Source: an uncultured delta proteobacterium
GTDB taxonomy: Bacteria > Myxococcota_A > Polyangia > Fen-1088
Length of the DNA: 64,000 nt
Direction: 5' to 3'
NCBI GenBank assembly: GCA_963737265.1
Contig: CAVTRY010000006.1
Location: 1-64,000 of the forward strand
The notes under the pieces are model-generated. The model was not told where the DNA came from and ran no database searches. It saw only the letters and a program-made list of their open reading frames with translations. A program made the position numbers and the translations under genes. Of this stretch, positions 42,601-51,951 are shown piece by piece (positions within the stretch are counted from its first letter, which is position 1; each line of letters opens with the position of its first letter).

Positions 42601-42858
42601 GACGGCGGGAACATCAGAGCCTCCAGCGTCGGGGAGTGGTCCAAGCTGGACCGGCTGGCCAAAGGGGCTGGACGTGGGTAGCCCTGCGTCGGAAAGAGTT
42701 ACCGGCGGTGGCGGCACAAACGTCGGAGGGTCGGTGACGCCAACCGATCCAGACTGGACATTCGACAGCAGGAGGTGCGAGTTGCAGCTTACGAGCGCTC
42801 CAACCAGGGCCACGGCTGCCAGTCCAAGACGCAAATATTTCCACGCGTTTGAATTCAT
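39676..42858 (-). CDS. Glycoside hydrolase family 8 lipoprotein with Pro-rich linker and three N-terminal repeated modules
   Basis: Lipobox LVSC; GH8 motifs TVSEGQGYGM, LMGW, SAFDGDVDIG.GLV.A..QW, DYYPPGYFRVF. Confidence 0.88.
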   Translation of the reverse strand: MNSNAWKYLRLGLAAVALVGALVSCNSHLLLSNVQSGSVGVTDPPTFVPPPPVTLSDAGLPTSSPFGQPVQLGPLPDAGGSDVPAVRSPPSPTDAATVAIPDAPPPPPPPPPTENLVCPAGQVRVHVRDLWSSGVTPTMNTMTNPPLGVIVIDPANGYQKYGARLDGTTDINGNPPCTYYSVCIPNTITSIQIQAIGSSACPADSSSGFFDITSVNKSKEFWIEYTGPSTSLKGDYGQYPNVPIGSGKFHVTSDSSTLAALACKIGTAPDETPPSGYTKVHFRWPWNDPTNPQTNYAGSACPLDVATKLGFTPPPYPSSLKVTGLSGCEMTANLEFQDGVCPWYYVLIPNSVWPASGTEPSIVFRYPDESKGLFTNNIALPPRTANEYWIGYAGAPDNTVASATKCMDWSLQPNSYFVYTANPGPGYQGCGGGSVAAVDPCSPPQPTGYHSVHFRYIWAGQKTFTFFPKPELMPKWIEMEVNGTTATKVICWREQDRPWFDCPVPDSLFVAGTTWRAVDKLHSPEWNTVAPRPFPTVAKDYWLRWYYGKPDIPRTAPPDNFKFFDYYPDGTNGDWSATGVWNDSMCAPKPPATPVTVGFPYGGWFPYKGTEYKYPYGASLAYIYPNPATVQDLLNAFTFERYLLWRDNYVTTTDTVCGPGTARVQTDPPKTVSEGQGYGMAISAAIGDKPTFDALWNFVRHFLSQSSKKYCGGLMGWMWDGGTACRQLDSACNIDVEACSGNEDSAFDGDVDIGIGLVYAALQWPEYAPAAVGWLTKMECEINTKYDGKWNYPSMGDTADKNCQNYPGQPCSYAAGQPSQVFMDYYPPGYFRVFGDFLSSQLGATQQAANGQTHRDFWYKTSETVYQMIEMCYDQPGLNPGLMGDYGNVAKPCASVDVGTYEGLRSLWRVGIDGAWFGNNATLPENTASSSPHYSPKSRIQAKIDNTQEFFNNFYKNNPVEANANRFSSICDRLHGDGTITNCDPAYGHNSYTVNTAMCNYVSLFNDGNATTSDIRREAIEEAVSTTVENDRYFQESLGVYSMLFLSGNFPNPTTVAPVK

Positions 42859-43032
42859 GAGGCCCATCCAACATAGAGGACGTGAGAGCGATGGCGACTG
42901 GGGACGGTCGGCGGATCTTGAGGATGTTACCACACGGTCCGGCGACCAAGCATTGTGTGGTCGCAATCCCACGTTATGCTACCTCGTCATGGTCAGTGTC
43001 TTCCCTGTGGATCCATCGGGTAAACTAGCCGC

Positions 43033-43785
43033 GTGAAGCTCATTTCATGGAACGTCAACGGGCTGCGCTCGGTCTTGCGCAAGAACTTCCTCGACTACCT
43101 GGCAAGCGAAGAGCCAGATGTCCTTTCTCTTCAAGAAACCAAGTGCCAACCTGAAGACGTGGACCAGGTTTGGCCGACGCCCTACTCCGCCTTCTGGAAC
43201 GCGGCCCACAAGAAGGGCTACGCCGGTACAGCGATCCTCACCAAGACAGCCCCACTTAGCGTCGTTCCTCACATCGACATCGCCGAGCACGATCGGGAGG
43301 GCCGCGTCCTGACTGCGGAATTCGTCGACTTCTTCCTGGTCAATGTCTACGTCCCGAACTCCAAGCGCGACCTCAGCCGGTTGCCCTATCGCCAGAAGTG
43401 GGATCGCGATTTTCTTGCCTACCTCAAACGCCTGGAGAAGAAGAAGCCCGTCGTCTTCTGCGGCGACCTCAATGTGGCCCACACCGAGATCGATCTGACT
43501 CATCCCAAAGCCAACGTCCACAACCATGGCTTTACGCCTGAAGAGCGCACCGGATTCGACGCCTTCGTGGGCGCCAACTTCCTCGACACGTATCGCGAAT
43601 TCGACGAGACCGGCGGTCATTACACCTGGTGGCGTCCCATGGGCGATGCCCGTGCGCGCAACATCGGTTGGCGGCTCGACTATTTTCTAATCAGTGCCGC
43701 CCTTCGTCCTCGGCTCAAACGGGCCTTCATCCAAAGCGATGTCCTCGGCTCCGACCACTGCCCGGTGGGGATCGAGATCGAGTAG
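43033..43785 (+). CDS. xth: Exodeoxyribonuclease III (ExoA/Xth AP endonuclease)
   Basis: ISWNVNGLR, LQETK, YVPN, GDLNVAH, GWRLDYF, GSDHCPV. Confidence 0.97.
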   Translation: MKLISWNVNGLRSVLRKNFLDYLASEEPDVLSLQETKCQPEDVDQVWPTPYSAFWNAAHKKGYAGTAILTKTAPLSVVPHIDIAEHDREGRVLTAEFVDFFLVNVYVPNSKRDLSRLPYRQKWDRDFLAYLKRLEKKKPVVFCGDLNVAHTEIDLTHPKANVHNHGFTPEERTGFDAFVGANFLDTYREFDETGGHYTWWRPMGDARARNIGWRLDYFLISAALRPRLKRAFIQSDVLGSDHCPVGIEIE

Positions 43786-43789
43786 GCGA

Positions 43790-44464
43790 TCAGTTGGCTC
43801 GGCCGGGCTTCGCCACCCGATCCGTCAGCGCTACCACTTCGCTCGACAGTCGTTCGAGGCGCTGAAACACGTCGGTGGTTTCCAGCAAATGCTGCCGGGT
43901 TTGCGAATCCGCAATAAGCGAGGCGGCGACGACGTTGGCGAGCGCGGCCGGGGTGTCCTGCGCAGCGGCCACGTGTTTGAGCAGGTCGCCACCGTCGGGG
44001 ATGGATTCTGCCAGACCGGTAACCAAGGCACGCAAGGCGGTGTCCGCTTCGTCGATGTCGGCGCGCTCCTCCGCCGAATCGTCGGGAATTTCGTGGGCCG
44101 CGATCAGGCGGTAGGGCTCGTCGCTCGGCAGCTCCTCGTCGATGCCGATGCGCGCTCGGCCGCGCACCACCAGATTGAATCGACCGTCGGGCAACTCCTG
44201 CGCCAGCACCAGCTCGCCCACCGACGCGACAACTGCCACGCGCGGAATGTTGCCGTCGTGCGGATTCTCCTTTTCGAGCTGAAGGCTGATGGCCAGCAAT
44301 CGGTTGGAGCCGAGAACGTCGCGCACCATTTTGCGGTAGCGCGACTCGAAGATGTGCAGCGGAATCATCGAATGCGGGAACAGCACCACATCCTCGAGGG
44401 GAAACAGGGGCAGTCGCCGCAGCGCCCGGCCGAGTCCACGCGACGACACCTTACCCGAAGACAT
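43790..44464 (-). CDS. LON peptidase substrate-binding domain protein
   Basis: LPLFPL..VVLFP...PLHIFESRYRKM, LPDGRFNL.V.G. Confidence 0.9.
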   Translation of the reverse strand: MSSGKVSSRGLGRALRRLPLFPLEDVVLFPHSMIPLHIFESRYRKMVRDVLGSNRLLAISLQLEKENPHDGNIPRVAVVASVGELVLAQELPDGRFNLVVRGRARIGIDEELPSDEPYRLIAAHEIPDDSAEERADIDEADTALRALVTGLAESIPDGGDLLKHVAAAQDTPAALANVVAASLIADSQTRQHLLETTDVFQRLERLSSEVVALTDRVAKPGRAN

Positions 44465-45164
44465 CGATACACGCTCCAGTCAGGGCGGACGGCGCAAGGG
44501 CGGCCAGGAATAGCGCCACGCGCGCCACTTCGTCGGCGCTCATCTTCGCTGTTCCGCCCGGCATGCCTTGCTTGAGCATCTCGGTGTCGACGGAGCCCGG
44601 ACAAATGGCGTTGATGGAAATCCCATCGGCGCGGAATTCTTCGGCAAGGGAGCGCGTCAGGCCCACCACGCCGTGCTTGGCCGCGCAATAGGCGGACAGC
44701 AGGGGCGTCCCGGTCCGGCCGGCGACGGACGCAAGGTTGACGATGCGGCCATGTCGCCGCGCCTTCATCGCGGGCAGAAATGCCTGGGTCACGAGAAAAG
44801 TCCCCGTCAGATTGGATGCCAGCACATCGTTCCAGGTCCCCTCGGTCATGGTGAGGGCAGATTCACGGGCCACGATGCCGGCATTGTTGACCAGGATATC
44901 GGGCGCGCCAAGCGCCGCCTGCACTTCATCGCGGAAGCGTGTCACGTCCGGCCTGGCGCGGATATCGCAAGGGGCGTAGACGCAGCGGCGCCGCTCGTCA
45001 GGCGAAAGATCGTCGAGGAAACCGGCCGCACCTGCACCGCGGGCGCAGCCGGCCACGCGCGCGCCTTGCTTGGCGAAAAGAACGGCGATCGCCCGGCCGA
45101 TGCCTCGCGAGGCACCCGTGACCACCGCCACACGCCCATCGAGGTTGCCGACAAGCGTGGCCAC
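44451..45164 (-). CDS. SDR family oxidoreductase
   Basis: TGASRGIG, LVNNAG, YCAAK, ICPG.VDT. Confidence 0.95.
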   Translation of the reverse strand: MATLVGNLDGRVAVVTGASRGIGRAIAVLFAKQGARVAGCARGAGAAGFLDDLSPDERRRCVYAPCDIRARPDVTRFRDEVQAALGAPDILVNNAGIVARESALTMTEGTWNDVLASNLTGTFLVTQAFLPAMKARRHGRIVNLASVAGRTGTPLLSAYCAAKHGVVGLTRSLAEEFRADGISINAICPGSVDTEMLKQGMPGGTAKMSADEVARVALFLAALAPSALTGACIDVFG

Positions 45165-45165
45165 G

Positions 45166-45762
45166 TCAGCGGTTCCTTCCGCCGAGGTCGGCGGCGGCGA
45201 GCAGGCGCGCTTTTAGATCCGGCCGTTCCCGCATTTCGCCCACGAAGGCGCTGGTCACGACGCCGGATTGGTCGTGGCGCTCGCCCGGCAAGGACAGACA
45301 CATCTGCTCGGCCTCTATCACGCAGCCGGCCCCGCGCGCGCCTAAGCCCTGCCACAGCGCCTCGGCGATTTGGTGCGTGGCCCGCTCTTGCAGCGTCAGG
45401 CGCTTGGTGAAGCATTCGACTAAATCCGCGAGCCGACCAAAACCCGCCAGCTTGCCCGCGGGAATGTACGCCACATGCGCCACCCCGCGGAAGGGCACGA
45501 GGTGATGCGGGCACATGGAGTGAAACCGCAAACCGCCCACCACCACGACGTCGGGATCGGCTTCGCCAAGGACCGGCTCGCCGAGGATCTTGGCGGGATC
45601 CATGGCATAGCCCGCGAGAAATTCTTCCCGCCACAGCTTGGCCACGCGTTCTGGCGTTTGTGCCAGATCCGCATCGCCCACCGGATCGCGGCCCGCGGCC
45701 CGCAAAAGGGCCGCAACCGCCGCCGACAATCCTTCGTGGCTGGATTCGTGATCGCGGTGCAA
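45166..45762 (-). CDS. folE: GTP cyclohydrolase I
   Basis: TPERVAK, SMCPHHLVPF.G.AHVAYIP, RLTLQE, EQMC. Confidence 0.9.
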   Translation of the reverse strand: MHRDHESSHEGLSAAVAALLRAAGRDPVGDADLAQTPERVAKLWREEFLAGYAMDPAKILGEPVLGEADPDVVVVGGLRFHSMCPHHLVPFRGVAHVAYIPAGKLAGFGRLADLVECFTKRLTLQERATHQIAEALWQGLGARGAGCVIEAEQMCLSLPGERHDQSGVVTSAFVGEMRERPDLKARLLAAADLGGRNR

Positions 45763-45850
45763 GGGAGCCTCGTTGGGATGAATCTATACAACATGAACCC
45801 GAAAAGGGTGTGCGACAATCGAAAGGTCGACTTCCATGTCAAGCCAACCC

Positions 45851-46293
45851 CTTCATCTTCGAGGCCGAACCGGTGCGTGTGATGGGGCTGCTCGAGACCG
45901 ACCCGCGTTTCGGCGTCGACCGCCTGACGTCGGGCGATGCTGGAGCTCCCGCTAGGTCACGCCACCTTCACCTGCGCCACGCAGCTCATTTCACACCAGG
46001 CGCTCGACATCATCGGAACGCGCGGCCGCATCACCATCGAGATTCCTTGGAGCATGCCTGCGGATCGGCCGAGTCGGCTTCTGCTCGACACAAGCTCGCG
46101 CGCCGCCAGGGACAACCTGGAAGAGGTATGGTTTCCCGCCTGCGATCAGTGGGGCGTCATGTGCGACCGATTCTGCGAGGCCATCGTGAATGCACAGCCC
46201 GCCCCCATCCCCATCGAGGATGGGGTGGCCAACATGCGCACGATCGACGCAATCTTCCGCTCGTCTCAGTCGGGCCGCTGGGAGACGCCGTAG
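45851..46293 (+). pseudogene. C-terminal fragment of a Gfo/Idh/MocA oxidoreductase (5' half missing, frameshift near 45932)
   Basis: FIFEAEPVRV...DPRFGVDRLTS..LE...GHATFTCATQL...GTRGRI.IEIP...ANMRTIDAIFRS.QSG.W; no NAD-binding N-terminus upstream. Confidence 0.75.
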
Positions 46294-46321
46294 CGGCGCC
46301 CACTGACAACCCTGAAGATCG

Positions 46322-47173
46322 CTACAGTGCCACTGTCTCGCCCTCGGCCGCGCCCATGATCGCGATGTGGCTGCCGCCACGCGAGTCGAGTAGGCGGCGA
46401 CCGCGCAGCACGAGCTCGTCGACGTCGTGGTCGCTGTAGTCCTGGTCGTAGTGAAAGAGCGCCAGCTTCTTCACCTCGGCACGCAGGGCTGCTTCCACGG
46501 CGTCCTCGAGCGAGGACAATCCGCGCGAGAGGCGCTCCGCTCGGTCCTCGGGCGTAAAGGAGCTGTCGTGGATGAGCAGATCGGCGCCGCGGTAGAGCGC
46601 GACCGCCTCATCCGATGGGCCGCGTTCGTCGTATCCCACGTCGCCGGCGTAGACCAGGGTCTTGCCGTCGGCTTCAATGCGATAGGCCATCACTTCGGTC
46701 GGGCCATGGGGGTTGGGATGGGCGGTGACCTGCGCTTGGCCCACGCGCACCTGCCGGTCTTCGAACACCGAGCGCATTTCGATCTGCGCGCCCATGTTGC
46801 GGTAGCTCTGCACCGGAAAGAACTGCGCCGCCATCTGCCGTTCGAGCACGCGCTCGAGCAGCTCGGAGCTGCGGCTTCCGCCCACGACGGTGAAGCGGTT
46901 GCCCGGGACATAGAACGGGCCGAAAAAAGGGAAGCCCTGAATGTGGTCCCAGTGGGCGTGCGACAGCAAGACCGTGGCGCTGCCCCTGCCGCCGCCAAAC
47001 GCACCCGCGAGCAGCGAGATACCGAAGTTGCGCGCGCCCGTCCCGCAATCGATCATGATGATCTCGCCGTCGGCGAGCTGGAGCGACACGCAGGACGTGT
47101 TGCCGCCGTAGCGCATCGTGGCCGGACCGGGCGATGGAATCGATCCGCGGACGCCCCAAAAGGTGACTTCCAT
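46322..47173 (-). CDS. MBL-fold metallo-hydrolase
   Basis: FWGVRGSIP, RYGGNTSCV, DCGTG, SHAHWDHIQG, LFHYD. Confidence 0.93.
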   Translation of the reverse strand: MEVTFWGVRGSIPSPGPATMRYGGNTSCVSLQLADGEIIMIDCGTGARNFGISLLAGAFGGGRGSATVLLSHAHWDHIQGFPFFGPFYVPGNRFTVVGGSRSSELLERVLERQMAAQFFPVQSYRNMGAQIEMRSVFEDRQVRVGQAQVTAHPNPHGPTEVMAYRIEADGKTLVYAGDVGYDERGPSDEAVALYRGADLLIHDSSFTPEDRAERLSRGLSSLEDAVEAALRAEVKKLALFHYDQDYSDHDVDELVLRGRRLLDSRGGSHIAIMGAAEGETVAL

Positions 47174-48105
47174 CAGCCCTTCCCCAGCGAAAGGTCGAGT
47201 CCTTCGAAGGCCGCGACGACCTCCAGCTTCCTCGCCTCGCTCTTGGCATGGCCGCGCGCAGCGTCGAGCATGGTGTCCACTTCGGCATCCGAACGATCGG
47301 GGGCATGATGAAAGAGCGCCAGCATTTTAGCGCCCGCATCGCGACACACGACGATGGCGTCCGACGGACGCGAGTGGCCGAAGTGGGGAAACTGGCGGTA
47401 TTCGTCCGCGGTGTACATGGTGTCGTAGATGACCAGATCGGCGCCTTCGCACAGGCGCACGACGGCCGCGGCCATGGACTTCAGCGTCGCCTTGTCGGCC
47501 TTGCCGAGACGAGCGTGCCTCGACGTTGGTCCGGACAGAAATTCCTGACCGAACAAGATGTCTGAAAACGGCGCAGTGTCCGCGATGTACGCCACGCGTG
47601 CGCCGTCCGCTTCCAGGGCGTAGGCCGTGGCGACGTGCGGATGGTTGAGCCGCGCCGAGGACACGCGCACATCCTCTATCTCGAACTCGGCGCCGTCGTG
47701 CAACTCGCGAAACGAAACATTGGCGCGCGTGTGGTCGAAGGGCACGGGAAAAAACGGCGCATCCGCCTGAGAGGCGAAGACGCTGCGCAGATTCTGGTCG
47801 TCACGCTGGCGCGCATAGACGAACAGGCGGTTGCCTTCGCGGTAAAACGGCGCGAAGAACGGCAGACCCTGAATGTGATCCCAGTGGGTGTGGCTGACCA
47901 GAATGTGCGCCTGGCCCTTGCCGGACTCGAACTCCGCGCGCATCAGCTCTTTGCCCAGGCGCCGGATGCCCGTGCCACCGTCGATGATGATGCGCGTGCC
48001 TGACGCCGAGGTGACCTCCACGCACGAGGTGTTCCCTCCGTAGCGCACAGTTCGTGCGCCAGGAACCGGAAGAGAGCCGCGAACGCCCCAGAAACGAACT
48101 CTCAT
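47173..48105 (-). CDS. MBL-fold metallo-hydrolase
   Basis: FWGVRGSLP, RYGGNTSCV, SHTHWDHIQG, FGHS, LFHHAP. Confidence 0.93.
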   Translation of the reverse strand: MRVRFWGVRGSLPVPGARTVRYGGNTSCVEVTSASGTRIIIDGGTGIRRLGKELMRAEFESGKGQAHILVSHTHWDHIQGLPFFAPFYREGNRLFVYARQRDDQNLRSVFASQADAPFFPVPFDHTRANVSFRELHDGAEFEIEDVRVSSARLNHPHVATAYALEADGARVAYIADTAPFSDILFGQEFLSGPTSRHARLGKADKATLKSMAAAVVRLCEGADLVIYDTMYTADEYRQFPHFGHSRPSDAIVVCRDAGAKMLALFHHAPDRSDAEVDTMLDAARGHAKSEARKLEVVAAFEGLDLSLGKG

Positions 48106-48278
48106 GGATGGTAAAGCACGCGTCCTTCGTCGTGCATGACGTAGCTCAACCTTAACACAGCACCGACGGAAGCGCGCGGGGCGTTGCGCGCTTCGAGCTG
48201 CGCGAGGCTCAGGACCACAGGCGTTAAGCGAATGGCCTCCAAAAATTCGACCAGCTGGTTTTCACCACGGAGTGCGGG

Positions 48279-48683
48279 CTAGTACCCGCGCAGATCCTTC
48301 AGCAAAGCGAAGTATTCGCTGCGGGAATAGGGCCGGTTGAGGATGTGAAACTCCTTCTTGGCGAGCCCCACGCAGCCCAAGCAGTAGTTGCAGTCGGTGC
48401 AAAAAGAACAGCGCAAGAGATAGGCGGAGTGGGTGCAGCCGAGGGCATCCTCGCAGTGGGAACAGTCGTGACAGCCCACGCAGCGCACGCAGTGCCCACT
48501 GCCCGTCGTGGCGTCACAGGATTCGCAGTGCGTGCAGCGGTAGCAGTTGCGACAGTCCTTGCAGAACATGCAATGCATGGAACCGGAGCAGCTCTCGCTG
48601 CGAAAGCTGCCCGGATTCTGCGTGGCTACGCCGAACTCCCGCACCAAACGGGCCAATTCGGCATCAAACTCGGAACGATTCAT
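48279..48683 (-). CDS. Small Cys-rich (CxxC-repeat) protein
   Basis: 19 Cys, mostly every third residue; C-terminal CVGLAKKEFHILNRPYSRSEYF. Confidence 0.8.
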   Translation of the reverse strand: MNRSEFDAELARLVREFGVATQNPGSFRSESCSGSMHCMFCKDCRNCYRCTHCESCDATTGSGHCVRCVGCHDCSHCEDALGCTHSAYLLRCSFCTDCNYCLGCVGLAKKEFHILNRPYSRSEYFALLKDLRGY

Positions 48684-48710
48684 GGCCGGGGACTATAGCT
48701 GAATCCGGTA

Positions 48711-48765
48711 GCGGGCGGACTTGCTCGCTCGACCAGGCGGTCTGCTATTGATAGACACGTCTTGA
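48711..48765. mobile_element. Degenerate partial copy (one end) of the 159-bp MITE
   Basis: gcgggcgg.cttgctcgctcg...ggtctgc.attgatagacacgtct followed by TGA matches 63353-63410. Confidence 0.8.
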
Positions 48766-48805
48766 GCTTGCAGTGACCCATCCGCTCCCTATAATCCCGC
48801 GTTCC

Positions 48806-50899
48806 ATGTCCGACCCAGCGCCAAGTCCCGACGCCAAAGCGAAGAAGCCTTCGAAGCTCACCCGTGTGCGCAACATCGGCGTCGCTGCGCACATCGATGC
48901 CGGCAAGACCACCGTCAGCGAACGGTTCCTCTACTACGCAGGGCGCATCCATAAGATCGGCGAGGTCCACGACGGCGAGGCGCAAATGGACTGGATGCCG
49001 CAAGAACGCGAGCGCGGCATCACCATCACCGCCGCGGCCACGACTCTCGAATGGCGCGGGCACGAGGTGCACCTCATTGATACGCCAGGTCACGTGGATT
49101 TCACCATCGAGGTCGAGCGCTCGCTGCGCGTGCTCGACGGCGCCGTGATCGTGTTTTGCGGTGTTTCGGGGGTCGAGCCGCAATCCGAAACGGTGTGGCA
49201 TCAAGCCGACAACTTCCACGTTCCCCGCCTGGCCTTCGTCAACAAGATGGACCGGCCGGGCGCCGATTTTCGGGCCGTGGTCGACGAAATCCGCGAACGC
49301 CTGGCCGCGTATCCGGTCGCCGTGCAACTGCCCATCGGCGCCGAGGACCAGTTCGTCGGCGTGGTGGATCTCATCCATGAGCGCGCCATCTATTTTTCCG
49401 GCGCCGAGGACGATCCCCCGCGCGAAGACAGCATTCCCGTGGCCATGGCCGACCAGGTCGCGGTCGCGCGCGAGAAACTCATCGAGGCTGCCGCCGACCT
49501 CGACGACACAATCGCCACCGCCTACCTCGAAGGAAAGCCCATCGCGCCCGCGGCGCTCATGGCAGCCCTGCGCAAGGGAACCATTCGCTGTTCCATCGTC
49601 CCCGTGCTAGCTGGCTCGGCCCTACGCAACAAAGGCATCCAACCCCTGCTCGACGCCGTCTGCGACTACCTGCCCGCGCCCACCGATGTGCCGCCCATCC
49701 AGGGCAAGGATCCCACCACCAACGAACCCACCACGCGTCCGCCCGAGGATAGCGCGCCCTTGTGCGCCCTGGCCTTCAAGGTGGCCATGGACGAAGGCCG
49801 CAAGACGGTGTTCCTGCGCATCTATTCGGGCGTGCTCAAGCCCGGCGACGAAGTCCAGAACGCGCGCACGCGCCGCAACGAAAAGGTGGCACGCCTGTTC
49901 TCGGTGCACGCCAATCGCCGCGAGCGCATCGAGCGCGCCGGTGCCGGCAGCATCGTGGTCGCCATGGGTCTCAAGGAAGCCGGCACTGGCGACACACTCT
50001 ATGCGCCCAGGGCGCCCATTTCCCTCGGCAGCATCGATGCGCACGAGCCGGTCATCGCCCGCGCCATCGAACCCAAGACCCAGGCCGAGAAGGAAAAGCT
50101 CGACTTCGGCCTGGCCAAGCTGGCCGACGAGGATCCCACGTTTCGTTTTGGCGAAGACGCGGAGACCGGACAAACCATCATTCGCGGCATGGGCGAGCTT
50201 CACCTCGACATCATGGTGGACCGCCTGCGCCGCGAGTACGGCGTCGATGCCCATGTCGGGCGACCGCAGGTGGTGTACCGCGAAACCCTCGCCGGCACAG
50301 CCGAGGCCGAGGCCCACTTCGAGCGCCAGGTCGGCGACGAAACCCTGTTCGGCCAGGCGCGCGTGCGCGTGGCCGCGCGCCCGCGGGGCAGCGGCAACCA
50401 GGTCAAGCTGGCCGTAGCGATGCCCGAGCAAGTGCCGGGCGCGCCCAAAATCCCAGAGCCTCCGCGCGCGATTCTGGAGGCGGCGCTCGAAGGCGCCACC
50501 GAGGCCATGCGCTCGGGACCGGAGGGCTATCCCTTCGAAGACATCGAGGTGGTGGTGACCGGCATCGAATACCGCCCCGACGCCTCGACGCCGGCAGGAC
50601 AAAAAGCCGCCGTCGGCGAGGCTCTACGCCAGGCCTCGCGCGAGGCCGGCACGCGCCTACTCGAACCCATCATGAAGGTCGAAGTGACCGCGCCCGAGGC
50701 CAACGTGGGCGACGTGCTAGGCGACCTCAACGCCCGCCGCGCCCGCATCGAAGACGTCAACGTGCGTGGCAACCAACGCCTCATCGTCGCCAAGGTTCCC
50801 CTGCGCCGCATGTTCGGCTACTCCACCGATCTGCGCTCCGCCACCCAAGGCCGCGCCAACTACACCATGCAATTCGAAACCTTCGACGCCTGGGAATAG
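48806..50899 (+). CDS. fusA: Elongation factor G paralogue
   Basis: [54 protein letters not shown]. Not in an rpsL-rpsG-tuf context. Confidence 0.95.
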   Translation: MSDPAPSPDAKAKKPSKLTRVRNIGVAAHIDAGKTTVSERFLYYAGRIHKIGEVHDGEAQMDWMPQERERGITITAAATTLEWRGHEVHLIDTPGHVDFTIEVERSLRVLDGAVIVFCGVSGVEPQSETVWHQADNFHVPRLAFVNKMDRPGADFRAVVDEIRERLAAYPVAVQLPIGAEDQFVGVVDLIHERAIYFSGAEDDPPREDSIPVAMADQVAVAREKLIEAAADLDDTIATAYLEGKPIAPAALMAALRKGTIRCSIVPVLAGSALRNKGIQPLLDAVCDYLPAPTDVPPIQGKDPTTNEPTTRPPEDSAPLCALAFKVAMDEGRKTVFLRIYSGVLKPGDEVQNARTRRNEKVARLFSVHANRRERIERAGAGSIVVAMGLKEAGTGDTLYAPRAPISLGSIDAHEPVIARAIEPKTQAEKEKLDFGLAKLADEDPTFRFGEDAETGQTIIRGMGELHLDIMVDRLRREYGVDAHVGRPQVVYRETLAGTAEAEAHFERQVGDETLFGQARVRVAARPRGSGNQVKLAVAMPEQVPGAPKIPEPPRAILEAALEGATEAMRSGPEGYPFEDIEVVVTGIEYRPDASTPAGQKAAVGEALRQASREAGTRLLEPIMKVEVTAPEANVGDVLGDLNARRARIEDVNVRGNQRLIVAKVPLRRMFGYSTDLRSATQGRANYTMQFETFDAWE

Positions 50900-50925
50900 G
50901 CGGGATCCCATTGCTCGTTAGTGCA

Positions 50926-50949
50926 CGTGGCGCCGAATCGGGCGCCACG
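50926..50949. terminator. Hairpin between convergent fusA and DHODH-like genes
   Basis: CGTGGCGCC-GAATCG-GGCGCCACG, perfect 9-bp stem. Confidence 0.6.
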
Positions 50950-50964
50950 GGGCGAACGAAAAGC

Positions 50965-51951
50965 CTAGTCTATTCCGACGATCGCTTTGATGTATTGGCC
51001 GCGCTCATAGGACCAGAGGTCGCTGTCCTTGGCGCCGGCCAGCTTGCCGCGGAAAGCGGCCAAGTTGGCGAACTTGTGCTCGGTCATCCAGGCGTCTAGC
51101 TCGCCCAGCATCTTCTGCACGCCGGCGCCTTGGGTCTTGAGGATCGCGCTCACGGCCTGCACCGAGTTGGCGCCGGCCAGGATTAGGCGGGCGATGTCCT
51201 TACCGCTGCCCACGCCGGTGCTGCCGACCAGGTCGGCCTTCACGCGCTTGCCGAGCAGGCCGATCCAGCGCAATGCCACCAGGGAATCGTGAGACTCGCT
51301 CGGGCGAAAGGCGGCGCGCTTGGTGAGCGTGTCCACGTCGATGTCGGGCTCGAACAGGCGGTTGAAGAGAACGAAGGCGTTGGCGCCTGCCTTTTCGAAG
51401 GCGGCGATGACGCTCATCAGGCTGGTGTAGTAGGGATGCAGCTTGACCGCGATGGGGATCGTCACCGCGGCCCGCACCTTCGCCACCACGTCCGCTTCGT
51501 GCTTTTCGATGTCGCCGGACTTCACGTCGGGGCTAAGCGCGGGCGAGTAGAAGTTGAGCTCCAGACCGTTGACGCCCGTGTCGGCCAGCTGCTTGGCGTA
51601 CTCGGCCCATGACGAGCCGTTGATACAGTTGAGGCTGGCGAAAATCGGCAGCTTCACCGCCTTGCGCGCTTCGTGCACCCAAAAGACGTGCTCCTTGGGG
51701 CCGCCGTGGCGGAGTTGCGGGAAGAACGACTGCGCCTCGGAATCCGCGTTGTCGTGCGCAGCCAGTTTGCTGTTGAAGTCGTCTTCCTCGATTTGAATCT
51801 GTTCTTCGAAGAGCGACTTGATGACAAGCCCGCCCGCCCCTGCAGCTTCCAGTGCCTTGATGCTGTCCACGTGCTTCGACAGCGAGCACGCGCCAACCAC
51901 CAGCGGATTGGCCAGTGGAATTCCCATATACGTCGTCTTCAAGTCAGCCAT
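50965..51951 (-). CDS. Dihydroorotate dehydrogenase-like flavoprotein
   Basis: L.TTYMG..L.NPL, KSLFEEQI, IPIAVKL.PY, LFNR..PDID, YERGQY. Confidence 0.88.
   Translation of the reverse strand: MADLKTTYMGIPLANPLVVGACSLSKHVDSIKALEAAGAGGLVIKSLFEEQIQIEEDDFNSKLAAHDNADSEAQSFFPQLRHGGPKEHVFWVHEARKAVKLPIFASLNCINGSSWAEYAKQLADTGVNGLELNFYSPALSPDVKSGDIEKHEADVVAKVRAAVTIPIAVKLHPYYTSLMSVIAAFEKAGANAFVLFNRLFEPDIDVDTLTKRAAFRPSESHDSLVALRWIGLLGKRVKADLVGSTGVGSGKDIARLILAGANSVQAVSAILKTQGAGVQKMLGELDAWMTEHKFANLAAFRGKLAGAKDSDLWSYERGQYIKAIVGID

Noticed and set aside
44451-45164. SDR next to folE as a FolM/pteridine reductase
   Set aside because: It has a generic TGASRGIG/NNAG pattern rather than the TGxxxRIG/NNAS pattern of pteridine reductases; adjacency alone is insufficient.
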